DNA of 64,000 nt from a virus. Each line of letters opens with the position of its first letter. Position 1 is the first letter of the stretch. Of this stretch, positions 38,527 to 49,000 are shown piece after piece. Below the pieces are notes generated by a model that saw only the letters and a program-made list of their open reading frames with translations, was not told the origin of the DNA and searched no databases. The stretch spans positions 32,001 to 96,000 of IMG/VR virus record IMGVR_UViG_3300032229_000533, one strand, 5' to 3'. The translations under genes were made by a program, and so were the position numbers.

Positions 38527-39885
38527 TTATTTTTTATTTTCTAAATAAAAGTTTAAGTCTTCTGGAGTACCTAAACCCCACATATTATTAACTTCGTAAA
38601 CTCTTATTTTTTTATTGTCTTCTACCGCTTGATTGAAAACAGGACATACATAAAATTCATTATTGACTCTAATATTTTTTTGAATCATTTGTTCGGCGTA
38701 TTTTACAAAATCTGAACCATGTTTCCAATAATAAAAACCAACCGTTGCGTTATCTGAAATTGGATTTTTTTCTGCAACTTCACTAACGTATCCATTGTCA
38801 TCTACTTTTGCAAAAGACCATTTAGGGTGAGTCGCTTTAAAAGTTACGATACCACCATCCGCGTCAGTCTCATTCATTTTATACATGAATTCATTTGAAT
38901 CCCATTCAACAAACTGGTCTGAGTTTGCAAAAAACAAAGGCGAGTTATTGTTAATATATTCTTTAGCTAATAATGCAGTACAAGCTGCTCCTTCTGTAAT
39001 ACCATCAACCTCAACAATTTTACAATTTGGGGTTATTAAATTTAAGAGTGTATCTAAATTATATTTTTCACGATGTGATTTTTGGACCACATAAATGTAA
39101 TTTGCGTTTATGTTTAGATTGTCAACCACAACTTGAATCATTGGTTTATTATGAACATCAATAAGAGGTTTTGGAAATGTGTAACCTGCTTGTTGAAATC
39201 TTGAACCCGCACCCGCCATTGGGATTAGTACATTTAAATTATTATCTTCCCATTTTGGTGTCATAATATTGTGTCCTGATTTTATTTCTAATATTTTTTT
39301 TGTTATGTTAATGTAGGTAACCTCAATCGGAGATTTTACTCTAAATACATGTGACTTACTTCTTGACGCAGCTAATAAACCGTAAGGAGAATCCTCAACA
39401 ATTAATGTTTCTTCAGGTAAACACCCTACCATAGATATTGCCTTCCAATAAATTTCAGGATGTGGTTTTGAATTTTTTACATCTTCGTTTGAAAGTATTA
39501 AATCAAAAAACTCAATAATACCCAACTTACTCAAAACAGTTAAAACAGTTTTTCTAATACTATTAGAACATACCGCTAATTTATAACCTTCATTAACCAA
39601 CATAGTCATTGTTGTTACCAAATCAGGGTTATATTTTAAAGTTCTTAACGATTGTAATGTATAGGTTTGTTTATTGTCCCAAATCTCTTTAAATTTTTCT
39701 TTAGGTAAACCTTTTCGTTCATGTAACATATCTAATTTTTGATTGGTTTTTAAACCATCATAAATTGATAAATGTTCATCCCAAGTGATAGAATAATCAC
39801 CTAACGCTTTATTTAAAGATTCATAATGAATTTCTTTAGCGTCAACCAATACACCATCTAAATCAAATATTATTGTTTTAATCAT
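38527..39885 (-). CDS. Bifunctional HAD phosphatase + sugar/alcohol-phosphate nucleotidyltransferase
   Basis: N-domain IIFDLDGVLVD...CSN...KPHP...VEDS. C-domain LIPMAGAGSRF...PKPLI...GAACT...NSDQ...GLGTPEDL. Confidence 0.85.
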   Translation of the reverse strand: MIKTIIFDLDGVLVDAKEIHYESLNKALGDYSITWDEHLSIYDGLKTNQKLDMLHERKGLPKEKFKEIWDNKQTYTLQSLRTLKYNPDLVTTMTMLVNEGYKLAVCSNSIRKTVLTVLSKLGIIEFFDLILSNEDVKNSKPHPEIYWKAISMVGCLPEETLIVEDSPYGLLAASRSKSHVFRVKSPIEVTYINITKKILEIKSGHNIMTPKWEDNNLNVLIPMAGAGSRFQQAGYTFPKPLIDVHNKPMIQVVVDNLNINANYIYVVQKSHREKYNLDTLLNLITPNCKIVEVDGITEGAACTALLAKEYINNNSPLFFANSDQFVEWDSNEFMYKMNETDADGGIVTFKATHPKWSFAKVDDNGYVSEVAEKNPISDNATVGFYYWKHGSDFVKYAEQMIQKNIRVNNEFYVCPVFNQAVEDNKKIRVYEVNNMWGLGTPEDLNFYLENKK

Positions 39886-40312
39886 TATATCTTTTTATAA
39901 AGTCTGAGCATACACCCAAACATTTTGAAATGTCGTCATTATGTATTTCAGGCATAACCGCAATACTTCCAGTTATAGGTTGTTTACCAGGATATACCCA
40001 CATATAATTTTTAGATGTTAATGTTAGTGTATCTTGTTCATGCCAAAAATAATGTAATGAGGTACTTCTAATCCAATTTAAAGATTCAACATTCTTACAA
40101 TGAATCCATAATTTATCAACTCTTTCACCTAACCACTCATCACTAACTTCATATTGTGGTTCATCGTGTCCTAAATAAACTTTACCATCAACCCACCATA
40201 AGTCAACTTCAACATCGTATCCTTCAGCAATAGCTTCCATAATATAATATGGTGAGTTTTCTCTAACCTCATTAGGACCGTTTAAATTTCCTCTATGTGA
40301 AATTAATATCAT
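39878..40312 (-). CDS. GDPD/PI-PLC-like phosphodiesterase
   Basis: ISHRGN...ENS...GYDVEVDLW...LGHD...WIHCKN...GVCSD. Confidence 0.75.
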   Translation of the reverse strand: MILISHRGNLNGPNEVRENSPYYIMEAIAEGYDVEVDLWWVDGKVYLGHDEPQYEVSDEWLGERVDKLWIHCKNVESLNWIRSTSLHYFWHEQDTLTLTSKNYMWVYPGKQPITGSIAVMPEIHNDDISKCLGVCSDFIKRYND

Positions 40313-41577
40313 TAACTCACGGTATTATGTGTTAATTGACCTGTAATTCTATCACACCATCCTTTTGATTCTGAGTGAGGCCAAACCACCCAATGTGAAG
40401 GTAACTCATCAGTTTGAAATTCTCTCCATACCTTACAATATTTGTCAGGGTCTCTCATGAAACCTGCAATTTCATTTTTGTCTGCGTCTTTACGGAACAA
40501 TGTTTTATCGTCTTTACCATGGAATGCAACAACCCAAAAATCATAATCAGTTTCAGGAACTTGAGAATATCCGATATCAATACAATGTTTGAACATCATA
40601 CAAAAACTATCTCTCCATTCTTGTTCTGTTTCAAAATTATATGGGTTAGGAGGATAATTTTTATCTAAAGTATATTTGTCAATTGCTCTTTTTGAAAAGA
40701 GAATACCAGCATATTTTTCATAATCTGTTAAACTTCTAACAGGACCAAAACCATAAGGACCATCATGACCTTCTTGAGTTTCACCATCCATACCAAATAA
40801 TTTTCTATTTGTTAAGTGCGAATGACTATTTTTTTGTCCCCAAGTTTTATCATCATCCCATTGTTTTGTTCTACCTTTACGAGTGTACTCATGATAAACA
40901 ACAGGAATATGTGGATGGAATAAATCATAACCCCAAGTGTAAGCTCTTGCAGCGATTGAAATCTCTTCACCGTGGAAATAATATTCAGGATTGTGTTGAA
41001 CTTCGGTTGAGAATTGACCTAATGTGAAACAGAAGTGAGCAGAATAGAATCTTGCAGTTACAGGTTTTGTCATCTCTTTCCAACCTGGAATTGTTTCAGG
41101 TAAGAAGAACACAGCTCCTTCAGGAATGAATCGGTCAAACACCATTCTCCAAGCATCGGTTGCTCTTCCTGCTGGGTCGTTCTCGGGGTCAAAAGAAGGA
41201 ACGTAGCCCGTAAGTAGAGGCTTTTTATAACCGTCCTTCTGTAACCCCTTTATCATCTTGATAAGGATGTCATCCCAATCCTTAACAAATCTCATGTGAG
41301 AATCAATTTGTAATGTGTACGTTTCACCTTTATAAAGTTGTTGAACTTGGTGTCTTGCCCAACATACACCTTTGGCATCTTGATATGGAATATCTAAGAT
41401 TCTAAATCTTTTGTCATTTTTATATTCATCTAAGTTATCAAATCCGTCTTCAGGACTATATTGTCTAGCAATACCGATAACAAGGTTATTTGGTTTTTTG
41501 GCATTTGCCAACATGTCTTTAATAGTAGGAACCAACTGAGGGTCTCTGTAAGATGCTATTTGAACGAATATTTTCAT
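40312..41577 (-). CDS. GT60-family UDP-GlcNAc:polypeptide alpha-GlcNAc transferase (Gnt1/OGNT-like)
   Basis: IFVQIASYRDP, KGVCWARH, YTLQIDSHMRFVKDWD (DxH), KPLLTGY, FHGEEISIAARAYTWGYDLFHP and HEY, plus a C-terminal domain of about 90 aa. Confidence 0.8.
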   Translation of the reverse strand: MKIFVQIASYRDPQLVPTIKDMLANAKKPNNLVIGIARQYSPEDGFDNLDEYKNDKRFRILDIPYQDAKGVCWARHQVQQLYKGETYTLQIDSHMRFVKDWDDILIKMIKGLQKDGYKKPLLTGYVPSFDPENDPAGRATDAWRMVFDRFIPEGAVFFLPETIPGWKEMTKPVTARFYSAHFCFTLGQFSTEVQHNPEYYFHGEEISIAARAYTWGYDLFHPHIPVVYHEYTRKGRTKQWDDDKTWGQKNSHSHLTNRKLFGMDGETQEGHDGPYGFGPVRSLTDYEKYAGILFSKRAIDKYTLDKNYPPNPYNFETEQEWRDSFCMMFKHCIDIGYSQVPETDYDFWVVAFHGKDDKTLFRKDADKNEIAGFMRDPDKYCKVWREFQTDELPSHWVVWPHSESKGWCDRITGQLTHNTVS

Positions 41578-41605
41578 GTATAATATAATTTATACATAAA
41601 AATAA

Positions 41606-41634
41606 AAAACCCTCCACAAAGGTGAAGGGTTTTC
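41606..41634 (-). terminator. Rho-independent terminator after the LRR stalk gene
   Basis: Minus strand AAAACCCTTCAC-CTTT-GTGGAGGGTTTT followed by TTATTTT. Confidence 0.8.
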
Positions 41635-41654
41635 TAAAATATATTGTTTTGATT

Positions 41655-43130
41655 TTAGAACGCCGCATTTAAAACATTTGCACTGTTTGATAATAATGAT
41701 TGGTTACCTGAGCTTGGTTGGTCACCTGTTGTTTGATTCGAACTATCCCAAGAACTTTTAGGTAAACTTCCTAATAAGAAATCTGTAACAGCATTGTTTA
41801 ATGATGCTTGGGTAAACGCACAATCACTAATATCAATTAGTGTTAATGTTTGTGGTAATGTTGGTAATGAAGACAATACCGTACAACCTCCAGCAGATAA
41901 CAATGTAAGTGTATTTGGTAAGTTTGGTATTGAAGTTATTTGTGTATTTAGATTCATCAATAAATTTTGTAATGATGTTCCTGATAGTTGAGGTAAACTT
42001 GTTAAACTTGTTGTACCATATATTTCTAACGTAACTAAAGTTGAAGGTAATGATGGTAATGACGTTATTGAGGTGTTATAGTTCAACTTCAATGTTGTTA
42101 ACGATGTTGCCGATAATGTCGGTAACGATGGTAAGTTAACAAAACCTGCGTTTAAAGACACCAACGAATCAGGTAATTGACTTATACTTGTAAAATTAGT
42201 TTGTTGTAAAATATTAATATTAGTTACATTAAAAACGCTTGCTGTAATGTCTCCTGAAGTGTTATTAAACGCAGTAACAACCGCATTAGGGTTGTTATTA
42301 ACATTAGGTGAAGTACCACCACTAATTAACCAATTTTGGAAATCTTGTTGTGTAAATCCTGTCCATGTGCTATTTTCTAATTGAATGTATTCAATTGTTG
42401 GTGTAGTACTTGGTGTTGGTGTGTTAGTTGGAGTTATTGATGGTGTGACCGTGTTTGTCGGTGTATTTGTTGGAGTTTGTGTTAAAGTTGGTGTTTGAGT
42501 AGGTGTTGGAGTAGGACAGGTACCATATACTGAAATAGTTGAGCCAGTAATACAACCTATACCACAACTTCCATTTACCAAATAAATTATTCCATTTTCC
42601 ACATAGTATCCCTCTGGATTACCAGTATTTACCCCAAATTGGTCAGACCAAGCTAATGTAGAATTGGACAGGTTTGTTCCATTAACAAATAAAGTCGCTG
42701 TTTGTAAACAAGCGCAGGCCCCATTTGGGTCACCTTCGTCATGGCAAATTCCCGCGAGAACAGTTCTAACAATATTGGTAGGTGTTAGTGTAATTGTTGG
42801 AGTTGTAGTAACAGTTGGTGTAACCGTATTTGTTGGAGTTGTAGTAACAGTTGGTGTTACTGTATTAGTAGGTGTTATACTTGGTGTTGGGGTTGGGGCT
42901 TGAGTTCTTGTTGGAGTTGGAGTTAATGGGTATACTCCGTCATTAACTAATACGATACTTGACTCAAAAATTTGAGCAACGTCATAAGTTCCGTCAATTA
43001 ACCAAATATTTTTAGTTTGATTTGGTAATAGATTTACTTGATATTCCCACATGGAATCGTCACATCTTCTGTAATTGAAGTTAATCGCTGTTGTACCAGT
43101 ATTTGTCAAAGTATATTTACTACACGCCAT
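41655..43130 (-). CDS. Mucin-like Thr-Pro stalk protein with Cys-bracketed domain and C-terminal bacterial-type LRRs
   Basis: A 76-aa N-domain, a TP stalk, a GICHD...ACAC...GTC domain, a second TP stalk, then LxxLPxLPxxLxxL repeats. Confidence 0.8.
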   Translation of the reverse strand: MACSKYTLTNTGTTAINFNYRRCDDSMWEYQVNLLPNQTKNIWLIDGTYDVAQIFESSIVLVNDGVYPLTPTPTRTQAPTPTPSITPTNTVTPTVTTTPTNTVTPTVTTTPTITLTPTNIVRTVLAGICHDEGDPNGACACLQTATLFVNGTNLSNSTLAWSDQFGVNTGNPEGYYVENGIIYLVNGSCGIGCITGSTISVYGTCPTPTPTQTPTLTQTPTNTPTNTVTPSITPTNTPTPSTTPTIEYIQLENSTWTGFTQQDFQNWLISGGTSPNVNNNPNAVVTAFNNTSGDITASVFNVTNINILQQTNFTSISQLPDSLVSLNAGFVNLPSLPTLSATSLTTLKLNYNTSITSLPSLPSTLVTLEIYGTTSLTSLPQLSGTSLQNLLMNLNTQITSIPNLPNTLTLLSAGGCTVLSSLPTLPQTLTLIDISDCAFTQASLNNAVTDFLLGSLPKSSWDSSNQTTGDQPSSGNQSLLSNSANVLNAAF

Positions 43131-43161
43131 AATTTTATTTTATATATAAATATAAAGAAAT

Positions 43162-43193
43162 AAAAAAACCCTCCACGAATGTGAAAGGGTTTC
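43162..43193 (-). terminator. Rho-independent terminator, paralogous to 41606..41634
   Basis: Minus strand AAACCCTTTCAC-ATTC-GTGGAGGGTTT followed by TTTTATTT. Confidence 0.75.
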
Positions 43194-43229
43194 TAAAATA
43201 TATTGGTATTGTTTTTTTTTTATTAAAAA

Positions 43230-43871
43230 TTATAGTGTTGGGGTTGGTGTTGGAGTTGGAGTGCCACTTGGTGTTTGAGTTTGAGTATTAGTTGGTGTTT
43301 GAGTATTAGTTGGTGTTATACTTGGTGTTGGAGTTGAAGTTGCACTTGAGGTTGGTGTTTGAGTATTAGTTGGTGTTTGAGTATTAGTTGGTGTTTGAGT
43401 TTGAGTATTAGTTGGTGTTTGAGTTGGAGTCTCACTTGGTGTTTGAGTTTGAGTATTAGTTGGTGTTTGAGTTTGAGTATTAGTCGGTGTTTGAGTCGGT
43501 GTTTGAGTTGCCGTAACACTTGGTGTTGGAGTATTAGTTGGTGTTTGAGTTTGAGTCTGAGTTGGTGTTTGAGTTTGAGTCTGAGTTGGTGTTTGAGTTG
43601 CCGTAACACTTGGTGTTGGAGTCTGAGTTGGGGTCTGAGTTGGAGTTCTTGTCGGAGTTGGAGTTAATGGGTATACTCCACTATCAAATAATACAATACT
43701 TGACTCAAAAATTTGAGCTGTATCATAAGTTCCGTCAATTAACCAAATATTTTTAGTTTGATTTGGGTCAAGGTTTACTTGATATTCCCACATAGAGTCA
43801 TCGCATCTTCTATAGTTGAAGTTAATCGCGGTTGTACCCGTATTTGTTAAAGTATATTTACTACAAGCCAT
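43230..43871 (-). CDS. Mucin-like Thr-Pro-Gln stalk protein with no C-terminal domain
   Basis: 213 aa. The first 76 aa are 71/76 identical to 41655..43130, and the rest is ([10 protein letters not shown])n up to the stop. Confidence 0.8.
   Translation of the reverse strand: MACSKYTLTNTGTTAINFNYRRCDDSMWEYQVNLDPNQTKNIWLIDGTYDTAQIFESSIVLFDSGVYPLTPTPTRTPTQTPTQTPTPSVTATQTPTQTQTQTPTQTQTQTPTNTPTPSVTATQTPTQTPTNTQTQTPTNTQTQTPSETPTQTPTNTQTQTPTNTQTPTNTQTPTSSATSTPTPSITPTNTQTPTNTQTQTPSGTPTPTPTPTL
43233..43660. repeat. Low-complexity coding repeats (TPTNTQTQ / TPTQTQTQ units)
   Basis: Repeated gttggtgtttgagtttgagtatta and gttggtgtttgagtatta units with no unique spacers. Confidence 0.85.
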
Positions 43872-43950
43872 CTTAAATTCTGTTTAAATATAAATACTAC
43901 ATTATTGTTTATTATTTTGAAATTTATTTAAATTTTATAATTTGTGTATA

Positions 43951-46050
43951 TTACACAACAATAATTGGTTCTGCAACAATTGTTCCTCCACTTAAGAATG
44001 TTAACTTTTGACTACTATCCGCAGCATCTAATACAACATTCACAGGTATATTTGTGTAAAGTATTGGATTACCACCAGTTCCACCTGAAAGAGTATAATT
44101 TCCTGTTAAACCAGTAAATGTGAAATTATTGTTTTCACAATTACCTGAATAATCATAATCTCTGAACATTACGCCCTGCACTCCATAAGAAGTTCTATTA
44201 TTAACAAAATAATCAGCAATATCGTTATTAGCAAATTGGTCACCAATTGTATTATCATAGAAATATTCTCCGATAACATTACCTTGGAAACCATTTCCAA
44301 TTACATTACCTCTATAGTTTCCTCCTCCGAATCCAAAATCATTTGCAATTGTATTATTAATAAAGATATTACCAATTTGGTTGTATGAAAAATTGGTTGC
44401 TATTGTATTACTACCAAAGTCATATCCGACTTTATTATATTGGGATGCTCCTGTGATAACATTGTCACTAACATTCCCTTGGAATGAATTATACTGAAAG
44501 TAATAACCTTCAATGTTGTTCACATCACCTATAGTATTCCTATAGAAATTAGAACCTAAACTATTTTCTGTAACAATGTTGTAAAAATTATTTTCGTAAA
44601 AGAGTGGTCCGCCAGTATTTTTTTCAAAGTTACCGTAGAAATTATTGGTATATACATCAGTTCCAAGTACATTATCTCTAAATGTTTGTGTGATGTTGTT
44701 AGTGTTAAATCCGTTACCAATTTGATTGTCATCAAAAGCGCCTGTTATGGTATTATACGCAAAGTTATTACCAATTACGTTTCTTGCAAAACTAAGATGA
44801 ATTACATTTTCAACAAAATTATTACCAATTATATTGTTGATACAATCGCTATCACTGAAAGTAAAAAAGTTGTTTCGGAATCCCCAACCTACTTGATTAA
44901 AATCAAAATCTTGCCCGTCATTGTCTCCTAACATATTATATTGAAAATTACCAACAACAGTATTCCCTTGAAAATCACATTCTATAAAGTTGAATTTGAA
45001 ATCAGGACCAATAGTACTTCTATCAAAATTATTGGTTATAATATTATATTGGAAAAATGGTGCACAGGTGGTGCTGGTCATAAAATTGTCAAACGTGTTA
45101 CCAACAACATTACCTTCAAATGTCATATCTTCATAATTACCACCCTGAAACACGTTGTTAGACAAAATAAAGTCACTATAATTTTGATTGTCACCTAAAT
45201 ATGTGTTGAAGTTTTGATTTGCGTTGAATGTGTAATATTCGGTAAATCCTGTGTAGGATTCTGATTGTACGTTACATTTAAATGGGGACCTTATACCTCC
45301 CATAAGACCTCGTGAATAAAATCTATTACTTGTGGGATAGAAGGTTGTACCTGTTACTGTCATACCCGATACACTTGGAACAGTTAAAATTTCATAATAC
45401 GCAAAACCACCAATAAGGTTAGTGTTTGTTGTTGATATACCTAAAATTTGACCAACACTAAAATCGTTGATAAAATCAGTACCGACTCCGACAACATTAC
45501 CTGAACCATCTATTGACACGGTACCTCCATAATAAGCTTCAGAAAAAAATGCTTGATATCTAATAAACTGAACCGCTCTGAAGTCGTAATCTGCTCGGTT
45601 ATTTTTTTCATCAATTCTTTCGGTAATTCTACCTTTTGCAGGTGAACCTGTTACTTCAGTGGTACTCCAAGTAAAATCATATGATATTTTATCTTTAGGA
45701 TAAAGTGTGGAATATACAGTTGGTGAGAATTCATTTGCTGATATTGCCAACAATAAAATTGGTTCTGTAGTTCCTGTTTTATAATTTCCTGTTGTTATTG
45801 CAACACCCTGATTATCATAATTTGGTTGGTCATAACAAGTTTGGAAATCTGTCATTAAATAATATTGACCAACAATTAAACTACTAGTACTAGACCCTAT
45901 AGTTAATCCTGAATACGTAGATTGAGTATAGTTAATACCTGAAAAGGGGATATGATAAGTCGTACCCGCCTCTTCAACTGGAATTAAAAGGTTATTTGTT
46001 GTATAATCTAATGCGGTTAATTCGCCGATTGTTTTTCCTGTAAGTGCCAT
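43951..46050 (-). CDS. Tail fibre/spike-like protein with Asn-rich beta-solenoid
   Basis: 699 aa. MALTGKTIGELTAL anchor, YYLMTDFQT...KGRITERID...YDFR domain, then many ~11-residue NxIGxxFxxN repeats. Confidence 0.6.
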   Translation of the reverse strand: MALTGKTIGELTALDYTTNNLLIPVEEAGTTYHIPFSGINYTQSTYSGLTIGSSTSSLIVGQYYLMTDFQTCYDQPNYDNQGVAITTGNYKTGTTEPILLLAISANEFSPTVYSTLYPKDKISYDFTWSTTEVTGSPAKGRITERIDEKNNRADYDFRAVQFIRYQAFFSEAYYGGTVSIDGSGNVVGVGTDFINDFSVGQILGISTTNTNLIGGFAYYEILTVPSVSGMTVTGTTFYPTSNRFYSRGLMGGIRSPFKCNVQSESYTGFTEYYTFNANQNFNTYLGDNQNYSDFILSNNVFQGGNYEDMTFEGNVVGNTFDNFMTSTTCAPFFQYNIITNNFDRSTIGPDFKFNFIECDFQGNTVVGNFQYNMLGDNDGQDFDFNQVGWGFRNNFFTFSDSDCINNIIGNNFVENVIHLSFARNVIGNNFAYNTITGAFDDNQIGNGFNTNNITQTFRDNVLGTDVYTNNFYGNFEKNTGGPLFYENNFYNIVTENSLGSNFYRNTIGDVNNIEGYYFQYNSFQGNVSDNVITGASQYNKVGYDFGSNTIATNFSYNQIGNIFINNTIANDFGFGGGNYRGNVIGNGFQGNVIGEYFYDNTIGDQFANNDIADYFVNNRTSYGVQGVMFRDYDYSGNCENNNFTFTGLTGNYTLSGGTGGNPILYTNIPVNVVLDAADSSQKLTFLSGGTIVAEPIIVV

Positions 46051-46075
46051 AGTTTTTTATAATATAAATATGTTT

Positions 46076-49000
46076 TTATAATCCGTATTTTGATTTATTG
46101 GCATTGAAGTTTTGTAATACTTGAGAACCTGTCAGTGCTGAGTTATACATTCTAACAACACCCATTCTACCATTCAACCATTGAGAGAATTGTCCACCAT
46201 TAAATGAACCCAAATATAAAGGTGACGATGTGTTTTTAATACTTGTAACCGAATGAGAAATGCTTCCAATTAAACTACCATTTATGTAAAGGGCTAATGA
46301 ATTACTTGCAACGTTAGTCCATACACCAACAACTTGATACCAAGTGTTAATACTTAAAGTAGATGATGGAGTTGTAGTTGATGTCGAGCCATTACCTATT
46401 TCCATAAATGTACCACCATTTGCTATAGTCCTTAAACCATAACCCCAATCCGCAGAGTTACCACCATCAGTTTTTGCAATTAAAATTCTACTCGCCCCTG
46501 TAATTACAGAATGATTAACCCAAAACTCAATAGTCCAATCCCCAGTTCCTGGTTCTAACAAAATATTGTCGGCAACACTGACTTGAGAAGATGTACCATT
46601 AAATGAGAAATATGGTGATGTAAATGTGATGTTGGACATTGTTCCATTCAAACCATTACCCGATAAATCATTTATTGTGGTACCACTACCTGAATAACTT
46701 GATGAATTACTTGGGTCATAATATAATACAAGATTACTTGATACAGGGGCATTAGGTGTTGAAGTCGGTGTCGGAGTAGTGGTTGTTGTTGGTGTATTAG
46801 TTGGAGTTACTGTGGGGGTAGATGTTGGTGTTGTTGTTGGAGTTGGTGTTACTAATGAGTTTTCAATTGTCATTACAATTGAACTTGAATTTGCCCCTGA
46901 ACCCCATGCCCATGTGTATGTTCCAGGTGTTAGTCCCATACTTGTAATTGTTGCTCCCGTATAAGTTGCAGTTCCACTAATAACTGTATTTGATGTATAT
47001 CCTGAAGGTACTATTATTACACGTCCACTTACACCACCAGAAACAACACCAAATGTTGAACCTGAAGATATTGGGGTTGGAACAACAAGGTTGTTTCCAA
47101 AAGTGGTTGAGTAACCAGTCAACGACGCACCTCCATATCGTTGAACTGACGAGGATGGGCCGATTGCCCAAATACCAGCAAGCGCCTGAAATGCCGACCC
47201 ATTAGTTCCACTACTAGCTAAAGATAATGCGCTTAAATTAAAACTACCTGAACCACTCCATACAACATTAGGTCCTACTTCGGAAACTCTTACTGTAAAG
47301 ATATTAGTTGCCGCTGATGTGGGTGTTGGAGTTGATGTAGTTGTGGTGGTAGGTGTAACCGTTGTAGTGTTGGTTGGCGTTTGTGTTACTGTATTAGTTG
47401 GTGTTTGTGTAACCGTTGGTGTTGGGGTTACCTCAATAAAATTTGGGGATAAGAAATTATACATTTGGTTTATCTCAGAAAAACTTAATTTTCTATCGTA
47501 GAAATATAGATTTGCCAAATACCCAAATGATTGTCCTGCAAGAAGGTTATTACCCCACATTACGTGAATATCTCCACCCGCACCATAAGCAACCGTTCCA
47601 ACCTGCGTTCCGTTAATATAGAAAATACTTGATGTACTATCACCAACAACCGCATATTGAGTCCACACATCTTCAATCGGTGTAACATCGTACCCTGAAT
47701 CTCTAAACACACTATCATAGAACCCTAAATTATCGGTATTTACTTGAACTAAAATTGGTAACTCATTATTTGTTCTTAATAAGGACCTCCAACCTGAAGA
47801 GCTTGGTATAATTCTTGACCAAGTAACATATGTATAACCTGATGTTGGTAATGATGGTCCAGTACCATTAACCTGAACTGACTCAGTACCTGTACTACAA
47901 TCAAAACATTTTACACCATTTAGAGTTGTGAATGTTGCTCCACCCGATAAAGTGTTATCGTATGAACCTGTTAAATCAAAAACTGTTGTACCCGTACCAG
48001 GATAACTATCAGTTTTATTAGCATCTAACTGCATAATAAGACCTGATAATACAATATTAGGTGTTGGTGTTACTGTTGGAGTATTAGTCGGAGTTTCAGT
48101 ATTAGTAGGTGTTACAGTATTAGTTGGCGTCTCTGTATTAGTCGGTGTTGGTGTTACTGTATTAGTTGGCGTCTCTGTATTAGTCGGTGTTGGTGTTACT
48201 GTTGGAGTATTAGTCGGCGTCTCTGTGTTTGTAGGCGTAGGTGTGTTAGTCGGCGTCTCTGTGTTTGTAGGTGTTGGAGTATTAGTTGGGGTTTCGGTTA
48301 CTGTTGGAGTTGGTGTTTCAGTATTAGTTGGCGTCTGAGTTGGTGTTTCTGTGTTGGTTGGTGTTGGCGATGGCATTGGGTCAACAAACATTAAGTACTC
48401 ATCGGTACCAACACTCAAATATTCGTTAATACCAACCAATATTGGGTTTATTAATTGTGTCTCAAATGTTGGTGTCGGTGTTGGCGTTTGGGTTGGGGTT
48501 TCTGTATTAGTTGGGGTAGGAGTTGGTGTTGCATTATAAGTGTACCCTGTTACAAATGCATATGTGTAAGTGGTTCCTGTTTGAGTTACGGTAATTCCAC
48601 TGAAATTAGAAATTTGAGTTGCGTCTAAATAAGCGTCAAATAGTACCGTTTGAGTAAACCCTGTCAATTCTCCAAATGGGATTGTTACTGATACAGGATT
48701 GAGTATTTCGTAAGGTGGTGTTGAAGTTTCTATTTGGTCAACAAATGATACTGTAATTGTCTCATTGAGTACCGTACTGGCAGTTACTCCGTATCCCGCA
48801 TAAATTGAACCAGGAGAGTAATACGATTCAATAGTTAGTATAACAGATGCTGGCGTTTGAGTAGGGGTTTGAGTATTTGTTGGTGTTAATGTTTGCGTTG
48901 GTGTATTAGTTGGAGTTTCAGTTGGAGTTGGTGTATTAGTTGGAGTTTCACTTGGCGTTAATCCAATAGTAACTGAAGGTGTTGGTGTGTTAGTTGGAGT

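Noticed and set aside
42903-43871. Near-identical duplicated segments as a DGR template/variable pair
   Set aside because: The duplication is at 5' ends, both copies are translated, differences are not adenine-specific, and no reverse transcriptase is in the window.
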